From contig NC_014833.1 in the NCBI RefSeq assembly GCF_000179635.2, positions 570,001-602,000 on the forward strand: 32,000 nucleotides of DNA. The letters are read 5' to 3'. The position numbers and the translations under genes were made by a program. A model generated the notes under the pieces. That model did not search any database, was not told the origin of the DNA, and saw nothing but the letters and a program-made list of their open reading frames with translations. Each line of letters starts with the position of its first letter. Position 1 is the first letter of the stretch. Below, piece after piece: positions 8,006 to 16,155 of the stretch. This stretch comes from Ruminococcus albus 7 = DSM 20455 (GTDB lineage Bacteria; Bacillota; Clostridia; Oscillospirales; Ruminococcaceae).

Positions 8006-8666
8006 TTACCACCTATCTAGTATACTCCAATAAACTTCATAAATATATAATATATTTCGATTTGTTGAAGAATAGATAATATAAGCAACAGGCTATACCC
8101 GTGGTGAGTATATCACATGGAGTGTAGCCTGTTTTTTATGTCCGCGATTGCATTATACAAATTTTGCCACCTTTGGGCAGAGTAGTATCTTATGGCTTTA
8201 CAGAAAAACATACTGAGTTATCTGCACGTTGCTTACTATTTTAGAACTTTCAACAATCTTTCCACAAAGTATGAGTTTACCGCTTGACAGCGCCAAATTG
8301 TTTCTGTATAATAATCAGTGGCAGATATACCTTTATAATGTGTATATGTCAAATAACGAAATGGAGGTCATCTGGATTCGTATTATGACTATGTTAATAA
8401 CGAAATCAATGAAACAATAAGTGCTCTTAATCCTGACTGGGAGAAGGAAGTAGATAATATTAAAGAAATACTTAAAAGTCTCCCTGATGACAAGCGAGCA
8501 AAAGTGAAGACTGAAATATGTAACACTCTCACTAAAATTAAGGGAAAGTTATTAGATGGCGAGGTTATAATACATAACTGAGTGGAAGATTTGAATAGGA
8601 TTTCAAAGCCCAACATATTGTATTATTGTGCGATGAAAACGATTCTTGTTCATTATGAGGTACAAA

Positions 8667-9233
8667 ATGAATATTTGGAAAATAATAAAAAACGAAGGAT
8701 ACAATAATGCTTTTTTGATTGATTCAACCGGTAAACAGCATTTTGATTCGCCTTTAGATTTCAAAGAGATAAAAAATAACCCTCCAACACGCTTATTAAA
8801 AATCGAGGTAACCGATAAAGGATTTCCCGATATAATGAACTATTGGGGAATTAGCGGTACAGTAATCGTTAATTCCAAGGTGAAAGCACTGATAGAGCGT
8901 TACTACGGAACACTGCAAACACAGTTTTTGCCATGTATATGTTCAAACTGTCAAGATACGGAATTATGGATTTGGAACGTTTGTGAATATCATGATGTAT
9001 TGGATGTCCCAAAAAGCATTTGCGACAGAATTATTAATCTGCAAGGGAAAGAAGCAATAAAGTCGGTAGATAAATACGTATTCAAAAAAGAGGCTTTTGA
9101 TTTGGATTTCTTCAAAATCTATCTTGAAGAACGCAAATACAATACATATTTATTTGTATCAGACAGATTCAAGAAAATAATGGAAGAAAACAATGTAACC
9201 GGCTTGGCACTCGAAAAGGTTTATTCTATTTAA
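8667..9233 (+). CDS. Imm11/DUF1629-like protein (putative polymorphic-toxin immunity protein)
   Basis: The start is chosen at MNIWKII (GAGGT RBS 5 nt upstream). The pattern ...VNSKVKALIE....LQTQFLPC......ELWIWNV....DVLD..KS...........I......F....F....FK........YLFVSDRFKKIMEENNVTGLALEKV matches my recollection of the DUF1629 layout. This was not verified by search. Confidence 0.5.
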   Translation: MNIWKIIKNEGYNNAFLIDSTGKQHFDSPLDFKEIKNNPPTRLLKIEVTDKGFPDIMNYWGISGTVIVNSKVKALIERYYGTLQTQFLPCICSNCQDTELWIWNVCEYHDVLDVPKSICDRIINLQGKEAIKSVDKYVFKKEAFDLDFFKIYLEERKYNTYLFVSDRFKKIMEENNVTGLALEKVYSI

Positions 9234-9250
9234 TTAGGAGCAGACGAAAA

Positions 9251-9775
9251 ATGATAGATAATCAGGTTAATTTAAAGCAACAAAAACTTGCAATCGAAAA
9301 GAGTGCATTCTCCGATTCAAAAGCAGATATGTCTGATGTCAGCTTTGAAATAGGAAAAAGCAGTTATACTGCGAAGCTTTTCGGTTTTATCGTTTTATTT
9401 GCCATTTTCTTTGGAGTACGAACAATAGCAAGGCGTTATGTCGGAAATCCGAATATGACATTTTCAATTGGAGATATTATATTCTGGTGCTGTATAGGAA
9501 TGATCGCCATACTCGTTATTGTAACGTTCATCCGTGAGAAAAACAAGCCCACTATATCAGTTTTGGGTAAAAAACTATTTTATAACGGAAACTGTTGGAC
9601 AAGCGATGATATTTCATTTGTCAGGTGTACGAAGTGGTTTGAGCGGGTCGAGGTTTACTCAAATGGTAAGAAAGTATTGACTTTCCCATGGGAATTGGAT
9701 AATTCCGAGTTGTTTATTGCTTGGGTCAACAAATGCGGGATAACATTTGAAGATCATCGTATGAAGGCTTTTTAA
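9251..9775 (+). CDS. Hypothetical membrane protein (two TM helices plus a small C-terminal domain)
   Basis: An AGGAG RBS lies 9 nt upstream. TM segments are LFGFIVLFAIFFGV and IIFWCCIGMIAILVIVTFI. It starts 18 nt after the preceding gene. Confidence 0.6.
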   Translation: MIDNQVNLKQQKLAIEKSAFSDSKADMSDVSFEIGKSSYTAKLFGFIVLFAIFFGVRTIARRYVGNPNMTFSIGDIIFWCCIGMIAILVIVTFIREKNKPTISVLGKKLFYNGNCWTSDDISFVRCTKWFERVEVYSNGKKVLTFPWELDNSELFIAWVNKCGITFEDHRMKAF

Positions 9776-9776
9776 T

Positions 9777-9833
9777 ATCATAGGAGAAAACGGTGCCGGG
9801 AAAACAACTCTTATGTTTTATAATCGGCTATAA
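9777..9833 (+). pseudogene. ~18-codon relic of an ABC-transporter ATPase (Walker A only)
   Basis: Nt 9780-9830 translate to IGENGAGKTTLMFYNRL followed by a stop. GENGAGKTTL is a canonical P-loop. There is no start codon and no remainder of the gene. Confidence 0.4.
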
Positions 9834-9844
9834 TTTATCAAGAA

Positions 9845-10453
9845 ATGGGAGTGAGTATAGTGAGTGATTCAAATATAAAAGGGTTTCATAATATTACAAT
9901 GACTGGTAGACTATGTTATATTTTTATGTGCATAGAACGCTATTTGACTACTCTTTATCCCGAACGTGACTGGACACCTGTTTCAAAAAGAATGTGGCAA
10001 TGGACTACGCATTGGTGGAATGAATCGTGGGATATATACTCTCAAGCTGTTCCGGAATTTATACTTGAATTTGACACCTATGAAGAAACGAATGAGCGTT
10101 CATATGAAGGGAATTTAGATAAAGATGACTACGATGAAATTACTGCATTGTTCAGAGGAATTACAGACGGCAAGGGTACTGATGAATTATGTCAAGTTCT
10201 GATGATCCCCAGTGATTTTGGCAGTATATGTGAGGGCTCTTGTGTTGAGGGTGCTGAGCCTCTTGTAACTGAACTGATTGAGGACATAGAATCCATTCTA
10301 AAAAAACATAATATCCCATTCCCCGACAGAGCATCATTAAGTCATTTTGAATATGAAAGAGGCAAGCCCGTAGGACGTGAAGAAAAAGAACCGGGTTGGG
10401 GTGATTTTGAGAATACTGAATTCTTATCAATCATCTTGAATAAAACAACATGA
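9845..10453 (+). CDS. Hypothetical acidic cytoplasmic protein, 202 aa (start uncertain)
   Basis: This is an intact ORF on the same strand as the two preceding genes, followed by a strong terminator. No motif was recognised. Confidence 0.55.
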   Translation: MGVSIVSDSNIKGFHNITMTGRLCYIFMCIERYLTTLYPERDWTPVSKRMWQWTTHWWNESWDIYSQAVPEFILEFDTYEETNERSYEGNLDKDDYDEITALFRGITDGKGTDELCQVLMIPSDFGSICEGSCVEGAEPLVTELIEDIESILKKHNIPFPDRASLSHFEYERGKPVGREEKEPGWGDFENTEFLSIILNKTT

Positions 10454-10462
10454 TATTCTTCA

Positions 10463-10494
10463 AATGCAGAGCAACACCAGCTCTGCATTTTTTA
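10463..10494 (+). terminator. Rho-independent terminator of the three-gene islet
   Basis: A 10-bp perfect stem (aatgcagagc / gctctgcatt) with a 7-nt loop and a T run. Confidence 0.75.
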
Positions 10495-10646
10495 TGCCCG
10501 ATTCAAAATTCCCCATAACAATTTCACGATAAGAAAAGTTTTATGGCGCACCCAAGTTCATGCGCACTGCGAATAGACTTTTACCTCGAAAGTGCGCTAT
10601 AATTTTAGTGTGGGGCTGGAAGTTCAGCTCGACTAAAATTTCAGAA

Positions 10647-10811
10647 TATGACTATCCCTTTAGCACACCACCCAAAAATATCTTTATAACAAGGAAATAC
10701 TGAGTTGATGTTATCTTTCCCCCCGCCGTAGGCGGGGGAAAGATAAACGCCAACTATATTCAGTTCCCAATATAACATCGTTTATTTTGGTGTGTCAGCG
10801 GGATAACCACA
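10647..10811. mobile_element. 165-bp MITE derived from the adjacent IS1595-family element, flanked by an 8-bp target-site duplication TTTCAGAA
   Basis: The left end tatgactatccctttagcacaccac and the reverse complement of the right end tgtggttatcccgctgacacaccaa match the IS terminal repeats (catggttatccctttaacacaccac). TTTCAGAA occurs at 10639-10646 and 10812-10819. The element has no ORF and contains an internal GC hairpin at 10712-10745. Confidence 0.75.
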
Positions 10812-10980
10812 TTTCAGAATGATGGTGATGATATGGCTACGACTTCTATCGCTGAAAGAAGCGATGACGAAGAGCAACAGCGGCAGCCTGTTCCGATATT
10901 CTGAGGTTTTCAAAGCTGACTTCCTACACCGAGGAACAGCTACGAAAGAGCTTTTTTCCTGCAATAGCCATAATAAAAAA

Positions 10981-12003
10981 CATGGTTATCCCTTTAACAC
11001 ACCACAGATAATTTACAATGCTGTCCAAATAAACAGACCTCAAAAACCGGAAAATATAGTATAATAGTGACAGGAAACGAAAGGAGCTGTCGCTATGTCA
11101 AAAAGATTTCCGAAACCTGAGATCACACTTGATGGGATATACTCAAAGTTCGCAGATGAAAGCTTTTGCAAGGATTTTCTGCTTGATATCCGCTTTGAAA
11201 AGGGTTTTGCCTGCCCGTTTTGCGGTGGCTCTGAGTACCGCAGGATAAGGTCACGCCATCTGCTGCGCTGCAAGTTCTGTAAAGCAGATATATCCGCCAC
11301 AAACGGAACTTTTATGCACAGAACACATATTCCGCTCAGACTGTGGATAGTCACCGCATTCCTCATTATGAGCAACAAATGCAGCGTTTCTGCTGTTACG
11401 CTGATGAGGTCTTTGGGGGTGACCTACAAGACTGCATGGTACATCCTTCACCGCATCAGAAAAGCTATGAAATGCCGTGAAGAACGTTATTTGCTGGACG
11501 GAATCGTTGAACTTGATGACACGTATCTCGGTGCTCCGACTCACGGTAAAAAGCGTGGCAGAGGAACTGAAAAAGTCAAGATGATAGTAGCTTTGTCAAA
11601 GAACGCAGCAGGAAATCCCGAGTACGTTAAAATGAGCGATGTGCCGAATTTAAAGGGCATAACTGTGGGTAGATTTGCCAGGGATAATATCCGCGCAGGC
11701 TCGAAGATCGAGAGTGATAATGCTCGAAGTTACAAGAAACCGCTGGCACAGAAATACTTCCATGTTTTTGAGACATATGATCCGACAAGCGGTCAGCTGA
11801 ATTGGATGCATAAAGTTATATCAAACTTCAAAGCAATGATCATGGGAACTTACCACGGAAACGAAAAGATCCACACAGCGTTATATGCTGCCGAATACTG
11901 TTACAAATTCAACCGCCGAAAGCTCGGGAATAGTGCTTATTTACGGCTTTTAGCTGCTTTGGTGCAGTGATCTTACTTGTGGTGTGTTAAGGGGATAACC
12001 ATT
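10981..12003 (+). mobile_element. Complete IS1595-family insertion sequence (1023 bp) with ~26-bp imperfect terminal inverted repeats and an 8-bp target-site duplication ATAAAAAA
   Basis: IRL is catggttatccctttaacacaccaca. The reverse complement of IRR is aatggttatccccttaacacaccaca (23-24 of 26 identical). ATAAAAAA occurs at 10973-10980 and 12004-12011. Confidence 0.85.
11095..11970 (+). CDS. IS1595-family (ISXO2-like) DDE transposase with an N-terminal zinc ribbon
   Basis: AAGGAG RBS upstream. Zinc ribbon: CPFCGGSEYRRIRSRHLLRCKFCKADIS. ISXO2-like core: IVELDDTYLG...IVALSKN...IESDNARSY. The 291-aa ORF is intact. Confidence 0.88.
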   Translation: MSKRFPKPEITLDGIYSKFADESFCKDFLLDIRFEKGFACPFCGGSEYRRIRSRHLLRCKFCKADISATNGTFMHRTHIPLRLWIVTAFLIMSNKCSVSAVTLMRSLGVTYKTAWYILHRIRKAMKCREERYLLDGIVELDDTYLGAPTHGKKRGRGTEKVKMIVALSKNAAGNPEYVKMSDVPNLKGITVGRFARDNIRAGSKIESDNARSYKKPLAQKYFHVFETYDPTSGQLNWMHKVISNFKAMIMGTYHGNEKIHTALYAAEYCYKFNRRKLGNSAYLRLLAALVQ

Positions 12004-12010
12004 ATAAAAA

Positions 12011-12035
12011 ATGCAGTCGGCAATGTCGGCTGCAT
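12011..12035. terminator. Bidirectional hairpin terminator, serving the Crp/Fnr gene on the minus strand
   Basis: atgcagtcggc-aat-gtcggctgcat is flanked by A6 on the left and T5 on the right. The IS target duplication lies in the left A tract. Confidence 0.65.
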
Positions 12036-12040
12036 TTTTG

Positions 12041-12685
12041 TTATATGATCTCAAAATGGTTCTTCCTGCACCGTATTAATCTGTCACGCTGCATCTTGCT
12101 GAGTTCGTTGGAAAGCACCGAGCGTTCAACATTGAGGTAGTCCGCAAGCTGCTGACGGTCAAAGGGTATATCAAACTCACGGGAATGCTTCTGAACCGAT
12201 ACGGTATTAAGATACGCCATAATACGTCCACGCACCTGTCTCGGAGCAGTATGAAAGCTCCGGCTCGATAGGTGCAGATTTTTTCTTGTGGTGATAGTGA
12301 GAAGATTTGCAAGAAGTCTTGCCCTTATCGTATCGTTGAGGTCAGCGAGCGACTTCATGCTCAGAAAAACAACAGTGCAATCCTCAGCGGCGCAGACATC
12401 GACCAGCATAGGCACATCGGGCAGGAGTGCATAGCTTTCTGCAAAGAACTGTCCCTTACCTACAAGGTTGAGTATCGTGCGGTTTCCCCACATATCATTG
12501 CTTTCAATAGTAACGCTGCCTGCCGTGACAAAGCATAGTTTATCGGTGATCTCTCCCGAAGAAAAGATCATCGTACCTTTCTTATATTTCTTTTCGGCTG
12601 CATTAAGGGCTTTCATAAGCTCCGATATTTCGGTATCATCAAAGCCCTTGAACAGTATCGAATTATGCAAAACTGAAATATCCAT
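12041..12685 (-). CDS. Crp/Fnr-family transcriptional regulator (HcpR-like by context)
   Basis: It has an N-terminal cNMP-binding-type beta-barrel (FKGFDDTEISELM...GEITDKLCFVTAGSV) and a C-terminal HTH (RQQLADYLNVERSVLSNELSKMQRDRLI). It is divergent from the ferredoxin-hcp operon. Confidence 0.85.
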   Translation of the reverse strand: MDISVLHNSILFKGFDDTEISELMKALNAAEKKYKKGTMIFSSGEITDKLCFVTAGSVTIESNDMWGNRTILNLVGKGQFFAESYALLPDVPMLVDVCAAEDCTVVFLSMKSLADLNDTIRARLLANLLTITTRKNLHLSSRSFHTAPRQVRGRIMAYLNTVSVQKHSREFDIPFDRQQLADYLNVERSVLSNELSKMQRDRLIRCRKNHFEII

Positions 12686-12699
12686 ATTTCTCTCCCGAA

Positions 12700-12717
12700 A
12701 TGTTGTAATTACAACAT
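12700..12717. promoter_or_regulatory. Perfect 18-bp palindrome ATGTTGTAATTACAACAT, a Crp/Fnr-type operator (TGTTG-N6-CAACA geometry)
   Basis: Read directly in the 86-bp divergent intergenic region. A TATAAT at 12738-12743 would put the palindrome centre near -41.5 of the hcp-operon promoter, which is class II geometry. The TSS is assumed, not known. Confidence 0.6.
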
Positions 12718-12771
12718 ACTTTCTCCTTTGATTATACTATAATGGATACAGAAAGTCAAGGAGGTATGGCT

Positions 12772-13467
12772 ATGATACGAAAAATCATTGAGATAAACGA
12801 AGAAAAATGCAACGGCTGCGGTCTGTGTGCGAAGGCTTGCCATGAGGGTGCGATCGCTATTGTGAACGGCAAGGCTAAGCTCATGCGTGACGATTTCTGC
12901 GACGGCTTCGGTGAGTGTCTCCCTGCCTGTCCTATGGACGCTATCCACTTCACCGAGCGTGAAGCGGCGGCTTATGACGAAAAGGCTGTACAGGCAAGCA
13001 AGCAGAAGAAGTCCGCTTGCAGCGGTTTCACCTGTCCGGGTTCTGCATTGCAGAGCTTTACGCCAAAAGAAGATGACAGCGATGTTCGTGTTCCAAGCTG
13101 TCTGAGACAATTCCCGATACAGATAAAGCTCCTGCCCACAAATGCACCTTATTTCAACGGTGCTGATCTGCTGATTGCTGCCGATTGTACAGCTTACGCT
13201 TACGGAAACTTCCACCATGATTTTATCAAAGGCAGGATAACGCTCATCGGCTGTCCGAAGCTCGATGCCGTTGATTACGCTGAAAAGCTGACGGAGATAT
13301 TCCGTAATAACGATATAAAGAGTATTACTCTCACAAGAATGACAGTGCCGTGCTGCGGCGGTATGGAGTATGCGATAAAAAAAGCAATCGAAGCAAGCGG
13401 TAAGGATATTCCGCTTAAAATTGCAGTCATCTCGCCGGACGGCAGTATCGTTGAGATAAGAAAATAA
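12772..13467 (+). CDS. 4Fe-4S dicluster (ferredoxin-type) domain protein, co-transcribed with hcp
   Basis: [16 protein letters not shown] and [16 protein letters not shown] are two CxxCxxCxxxCP motifs. An AAGGAGG RBS lies 7 nt upstream of ATG 12772; in-frame ATGs at 12742 and 12766 are less well placed. Confidence 0.8.
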   Translation: MIRKIIEINEEKCNGCGLCAKACHEGAIAIVNGKAKLMRDDFCDGFGECLPACPMDAIHFTEREAAAYDEKAVQASKQKKSACSGFTCPGSALQSFTPKEDDSDVRVPSCLRQFPIQIKLLPTNAPYFNGADLLIAADCTAYAYGNFHHDFIKGRITLIGCPKLDAVDYAEKLTEIFRNNDIKSITLTRMTVPCCGGMEYAIKKAIEASGKDIPLKIAVISPDGSIVEIRK

Positions 13468-13481
13468 TGGAGGAATATATC

Positions 13482-15110
13482 ATGGAACAGAAAATGTTTT
13501 GCTATCAGTGTCAGGAAACAGCGGGCTGTAAAGGTTGTACCGCTTGCGGTGTCTGCGGTAAACAACCCGAAGTCGCAGTAATGCAGGACTTGCTTGTGTA
13601 CGTTACAAAGGGATTGTCTGCGGTGACAACTCAGCTCCGTGCAGAGGGAAAGACTGTCGATAAGACTGTTAATCATCTTATCAGCGTGAACCTGTTTATC
13701 ACGATCACCAATGCCAATTTCGATCTTGACAGTATTACCACTAAGGTTACTGAAACACTTGCAGTCAAAGAAGAATTGCTCGGACAGGTGCAGAATAAAG
13801 AATCACTCCCCGAAGCAGCTTTTTGGAACGGTTCGGACTATACCGAGAAAGCAAAGACTGTCGGCGTACTTGCAACAGAGAATGAGGATATACGCTCTCT
13901 GCGTGAGCTGATAACCTACGGTCTGAAAGGACTTGCGGCATATACAAAACACGCAAACGCTCTGCTGAATGATGATGAGAAGCTTGATGCTTTCTTACAG
14001 TCGGCTCTTGCTAAAACACTTGATGACAGTCTGTCGGTCGATGACCTTGTGGCTCTCACGCTGGAAGTCGGCAAGTACGGCGTTCAGGGTATGGCTGACC
14101 TTGATGCTGCAAATACTACAGCATACGGCAATCCTGAGATCACGACAGTTGATATCGGTGTCCGCAAAAATCCTGCAATACTGATCTCAGGTCACGATCT
14201 GAAAGACCTTGAAATGCTCCTTGAACAGACAAAGGACACGGGAGTTGATGTTTATACGCACTCGGAAATGCTGCCTGCGCATTATTATCCGTTCTTCAAA
14301 AAGTATCCGCATTTCGCAGGAAACTACGGCAATGCGTGGTGGAAGCAGAAAGAGGAATTTGAGAGCTTTAACGGTCCGGTGCTGATGACCACAAACTGCA
14401 TCGTTCCGCCGAAGGACAGCTACAAGGACAGGCTTTGGACAACAGGTGCCGCAGGCTATCCGGGCTGTAAGCATATTGACGCACCCTACGGCGAAGTAAA
14501 GGATTTCTCGCCGATCATCGAACAGGCTAAGAAATGTCCTCCGCCTACCGAGATCGAAACAGGCTCCATAATCGGCGGGTTTGCCCATGAACAGGTATTT
14601 GCACTTGCCGATACAGTTGTAGAAGCTGTAAAATCAGGGGCTATCCGCAAATTCGTAGTCATGGCAGGCTGTGACGGCAGAGCGAAGTCCAGAAGCTACT
14701 ATCAGGAATTCGTAGAGAAACTGCCGAAGGATACGGTCATTCTCACCGCAGGCTGTGCGAAGTACAAGTATAACAAGCTGGATCTTGGTGACATCGGCGG
14801 TATTCCGAGAGTTCTCGATGCAGGACAGTGCAATGATTCTTATTCTCTGGCGCTTATCGCTCTGAAGCTGAAAGAGGTATTCGGGCTTGATGATGTAAAT
14901 GATCTGCCTATTGTTTATAATATCTCTTGGTATGAGCAGAAAGCAGTCATCGTTCTCCTTGCTCTGCTGTATCTCGGAGTGAAGAATATTCACCTCGGAC
15001 CGACACTGCCTGCGTTCCTGTCTCCGAATGTGGCAAAGGTTCTTGTAGACAGCTTCGGCATTGCAGAAATTACAAACGTTGACGAGGATATGAGGATTTT
15101 CGGCTTATGA
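13482..15110 (+). CDS. hcp: Hybrid-cluster protein (hydroxylamine reductase / NO-detoxifying Hcp)
   Basis: The N-terminal cubane motif is [23 protein letters not shown]. The length is about 540 aa with conserved blocks ([21 protein letters not shown]). A GGAGG RBS lies 8 nt upstream of ATG 13482. Confidence 0.93.
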   Translation: MEQKMFCYQCQETAGCKGCTACGVCGKQPEVAVMQDLLVYVTKGLSAVTTQLRAEGKTVDKTVNHLISVNLFITITNANFDLDSITTKVTETLAVKEELLGQVQNKESLPEAAFWNGSDYTEKAKTVGVLATENEDIRSLRELITYGLKGLAAYTKHANALLNDDEKLDAFLQSALAKTLDDSLSVDDLVALTLEVGKYGVQGMADLDAANTTAYGNPEITTVDIGVRKNPAILISGHDLKDLEMLLEQTKDTGVDVYTHSEMLPAHYYPFFKKYPHFAGNYGNAWWKQKEEFESFNGPVLMTTNCIVPPKDSYKDRLWTTGAAGYPGCKHIDAPYGEVKDFSPIIEQAKKCPPPTEIETGSIIGGFAHEQVFALADTVVEAVKSGAIRKFVVMAGCDGRAKSRSYYQEFVEKLPKDTVILTAGCAKYKYNKLDLGDIGGIPRVLDAGQCNDSYSLALIALKLKEVFGLDDVNDLPIVYNISWYEQKAVIVLLALLYLGVKNIHLGPTLPAFLSPNVAKVLVDSFGIAEITNVDEDMRIFGL

Positions 15111-15883
15111 GAAGAAAAGACCGTGAAGTGACCGAGCTCAGCGAGATCATAGAGATCATGAAAAACTGCGATGCATGAAGACTGGCTCTGAATGATGACG
15201 GCTTTCCGTACATTCTGCCGCTGAATTTCGGTATGGCTGTAAACGGAAACGGAGCAATATCAATTTCAAAAGCTTATCTTGAGGGCGGTGCAAGCTTCCA
15301 AGATGAAACAGCACCTATCAGGGGGAATGTAAGGTTCGGTGAAAATACCTGCCGCAACCTTGTAACAGGTAAAGGGAACACCACCGATAAGAGCGAATTC
15401 TACTGGTTCGGCACAGGAGATGCAAACGGCATTATCCCACAGATCGATAAGACCCTCGCACAGATACCTCAGAATACTTTTGCAGTACCGAAAATCACAT
15501 ATAAAAACGGCAATGGCTTTGTAAATCTCACATGGACAGAGATCGATAACGCCGAAAAGTACGCTGTGTGCGGATACGCAGGTGGAAAATGGAAAATACT
15601 CGGCGAAGGTTACGGCACTTCTTTCACGCTTGACGATCTCAAATCTGGAACTGATTACAAGGTTGCTGTTATCGCAAAAATAAACGGAGAATGGAACATG
15701 GATTTCTCTAACGCCGTTGTGGTTTCTGTCGCTAAAAATGTATATCCAAAGGTGACAGCTGTTGAATACAGCGAGGAGTTTCATCAGTTCAGAATGAAAT
15801 GGACATCTGTTCCCAATGCTGAACAGTACGGTATCGCCGTAAAGCTTACAGGCAAACAATCGGCTCTAACGATACTATTATAA
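15107..15883 (+). pseudogene. Chimeric gene scar: the N-terminus of a PNPOx-like (Pyridox_ox_2) protein with an in-frame TGA, fused to a fragment of a secreted protein carrying one complete and one truncated Fn3-like module
   Basis: [44 protein letters not shown] is the typical N-terminus of PNPOx-family genes found after hcp. The stop is at 15176-15178, where a Cys is expected. After NFG the same frame continues into unrelated sequence and then the modules VPKITYKNGNGFVNLTWTEIDNAEKYAV... and YPKVTAVEYSEEFHQFRMKWTSVPNAEQYGIAVKLTGK, which end prematurely. Confidence 0.7.
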
Positions 15884-16107
15884 CCTTACGAAAAATATTC
15901 GTCAAGATAGCAAACAAAATATGTATATATTTCGACATTATACACAAAACAAAAGTTAAGCGTAAAACAGGTTTTTTATAAATGAACTGTTGCAATAAAA
16001 ACGCCTGTTTACGCCATTTGAGCTCATTTGAATAAAGGCTGGAAATAACTGTAAGAACACCTTTACGATGAATATTTTACAGAATATTAAACGTAAATAT
16101 AAATACA

Positions 16108-16137
16108 CCGTCTTTCGTTCATACAAGCGAAAGACGG
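16108..16137 (-). terminator. Terminator of the ABC exporter operon
   Basis: A 10-bp perfect stem (ccgtctttcg / cgaaagacgg) lies 19 nt downstream of the permease stop. The minus strand is T-rich after it. Confidence 0.6.
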
Positions 16138-16155
16138 CGGTAAAAGAAAGTAAAT

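Noticed and set aside
15176-15178. In-frame TGA in the PNPOx-like ORF as a selenocysteine codon
   Set aside because: No SECIS-like hairpin follows immediately. The ORF is also broken by a recombination junction ~60 nt downstream, and the family is not known to me as a selenoprotein. A TGY-to-TGA nonsense mutation in a pseudogene is the simpler reading.
15266-15859. 197-aa minus-strand ORF, and similar long antisense ORFs (12709-13218, 14187-14588, 14634-14993, 24804-25355, 18049-18507, 19182-19565, 19953-20297, 31422-31844, 11251-11544)
   Set aside because: Each lies entirely opposite a gene or pseudogene with clear homology. They lack RBSs and have low-complexity or Cys/Arg-rich shadow-frame composition.
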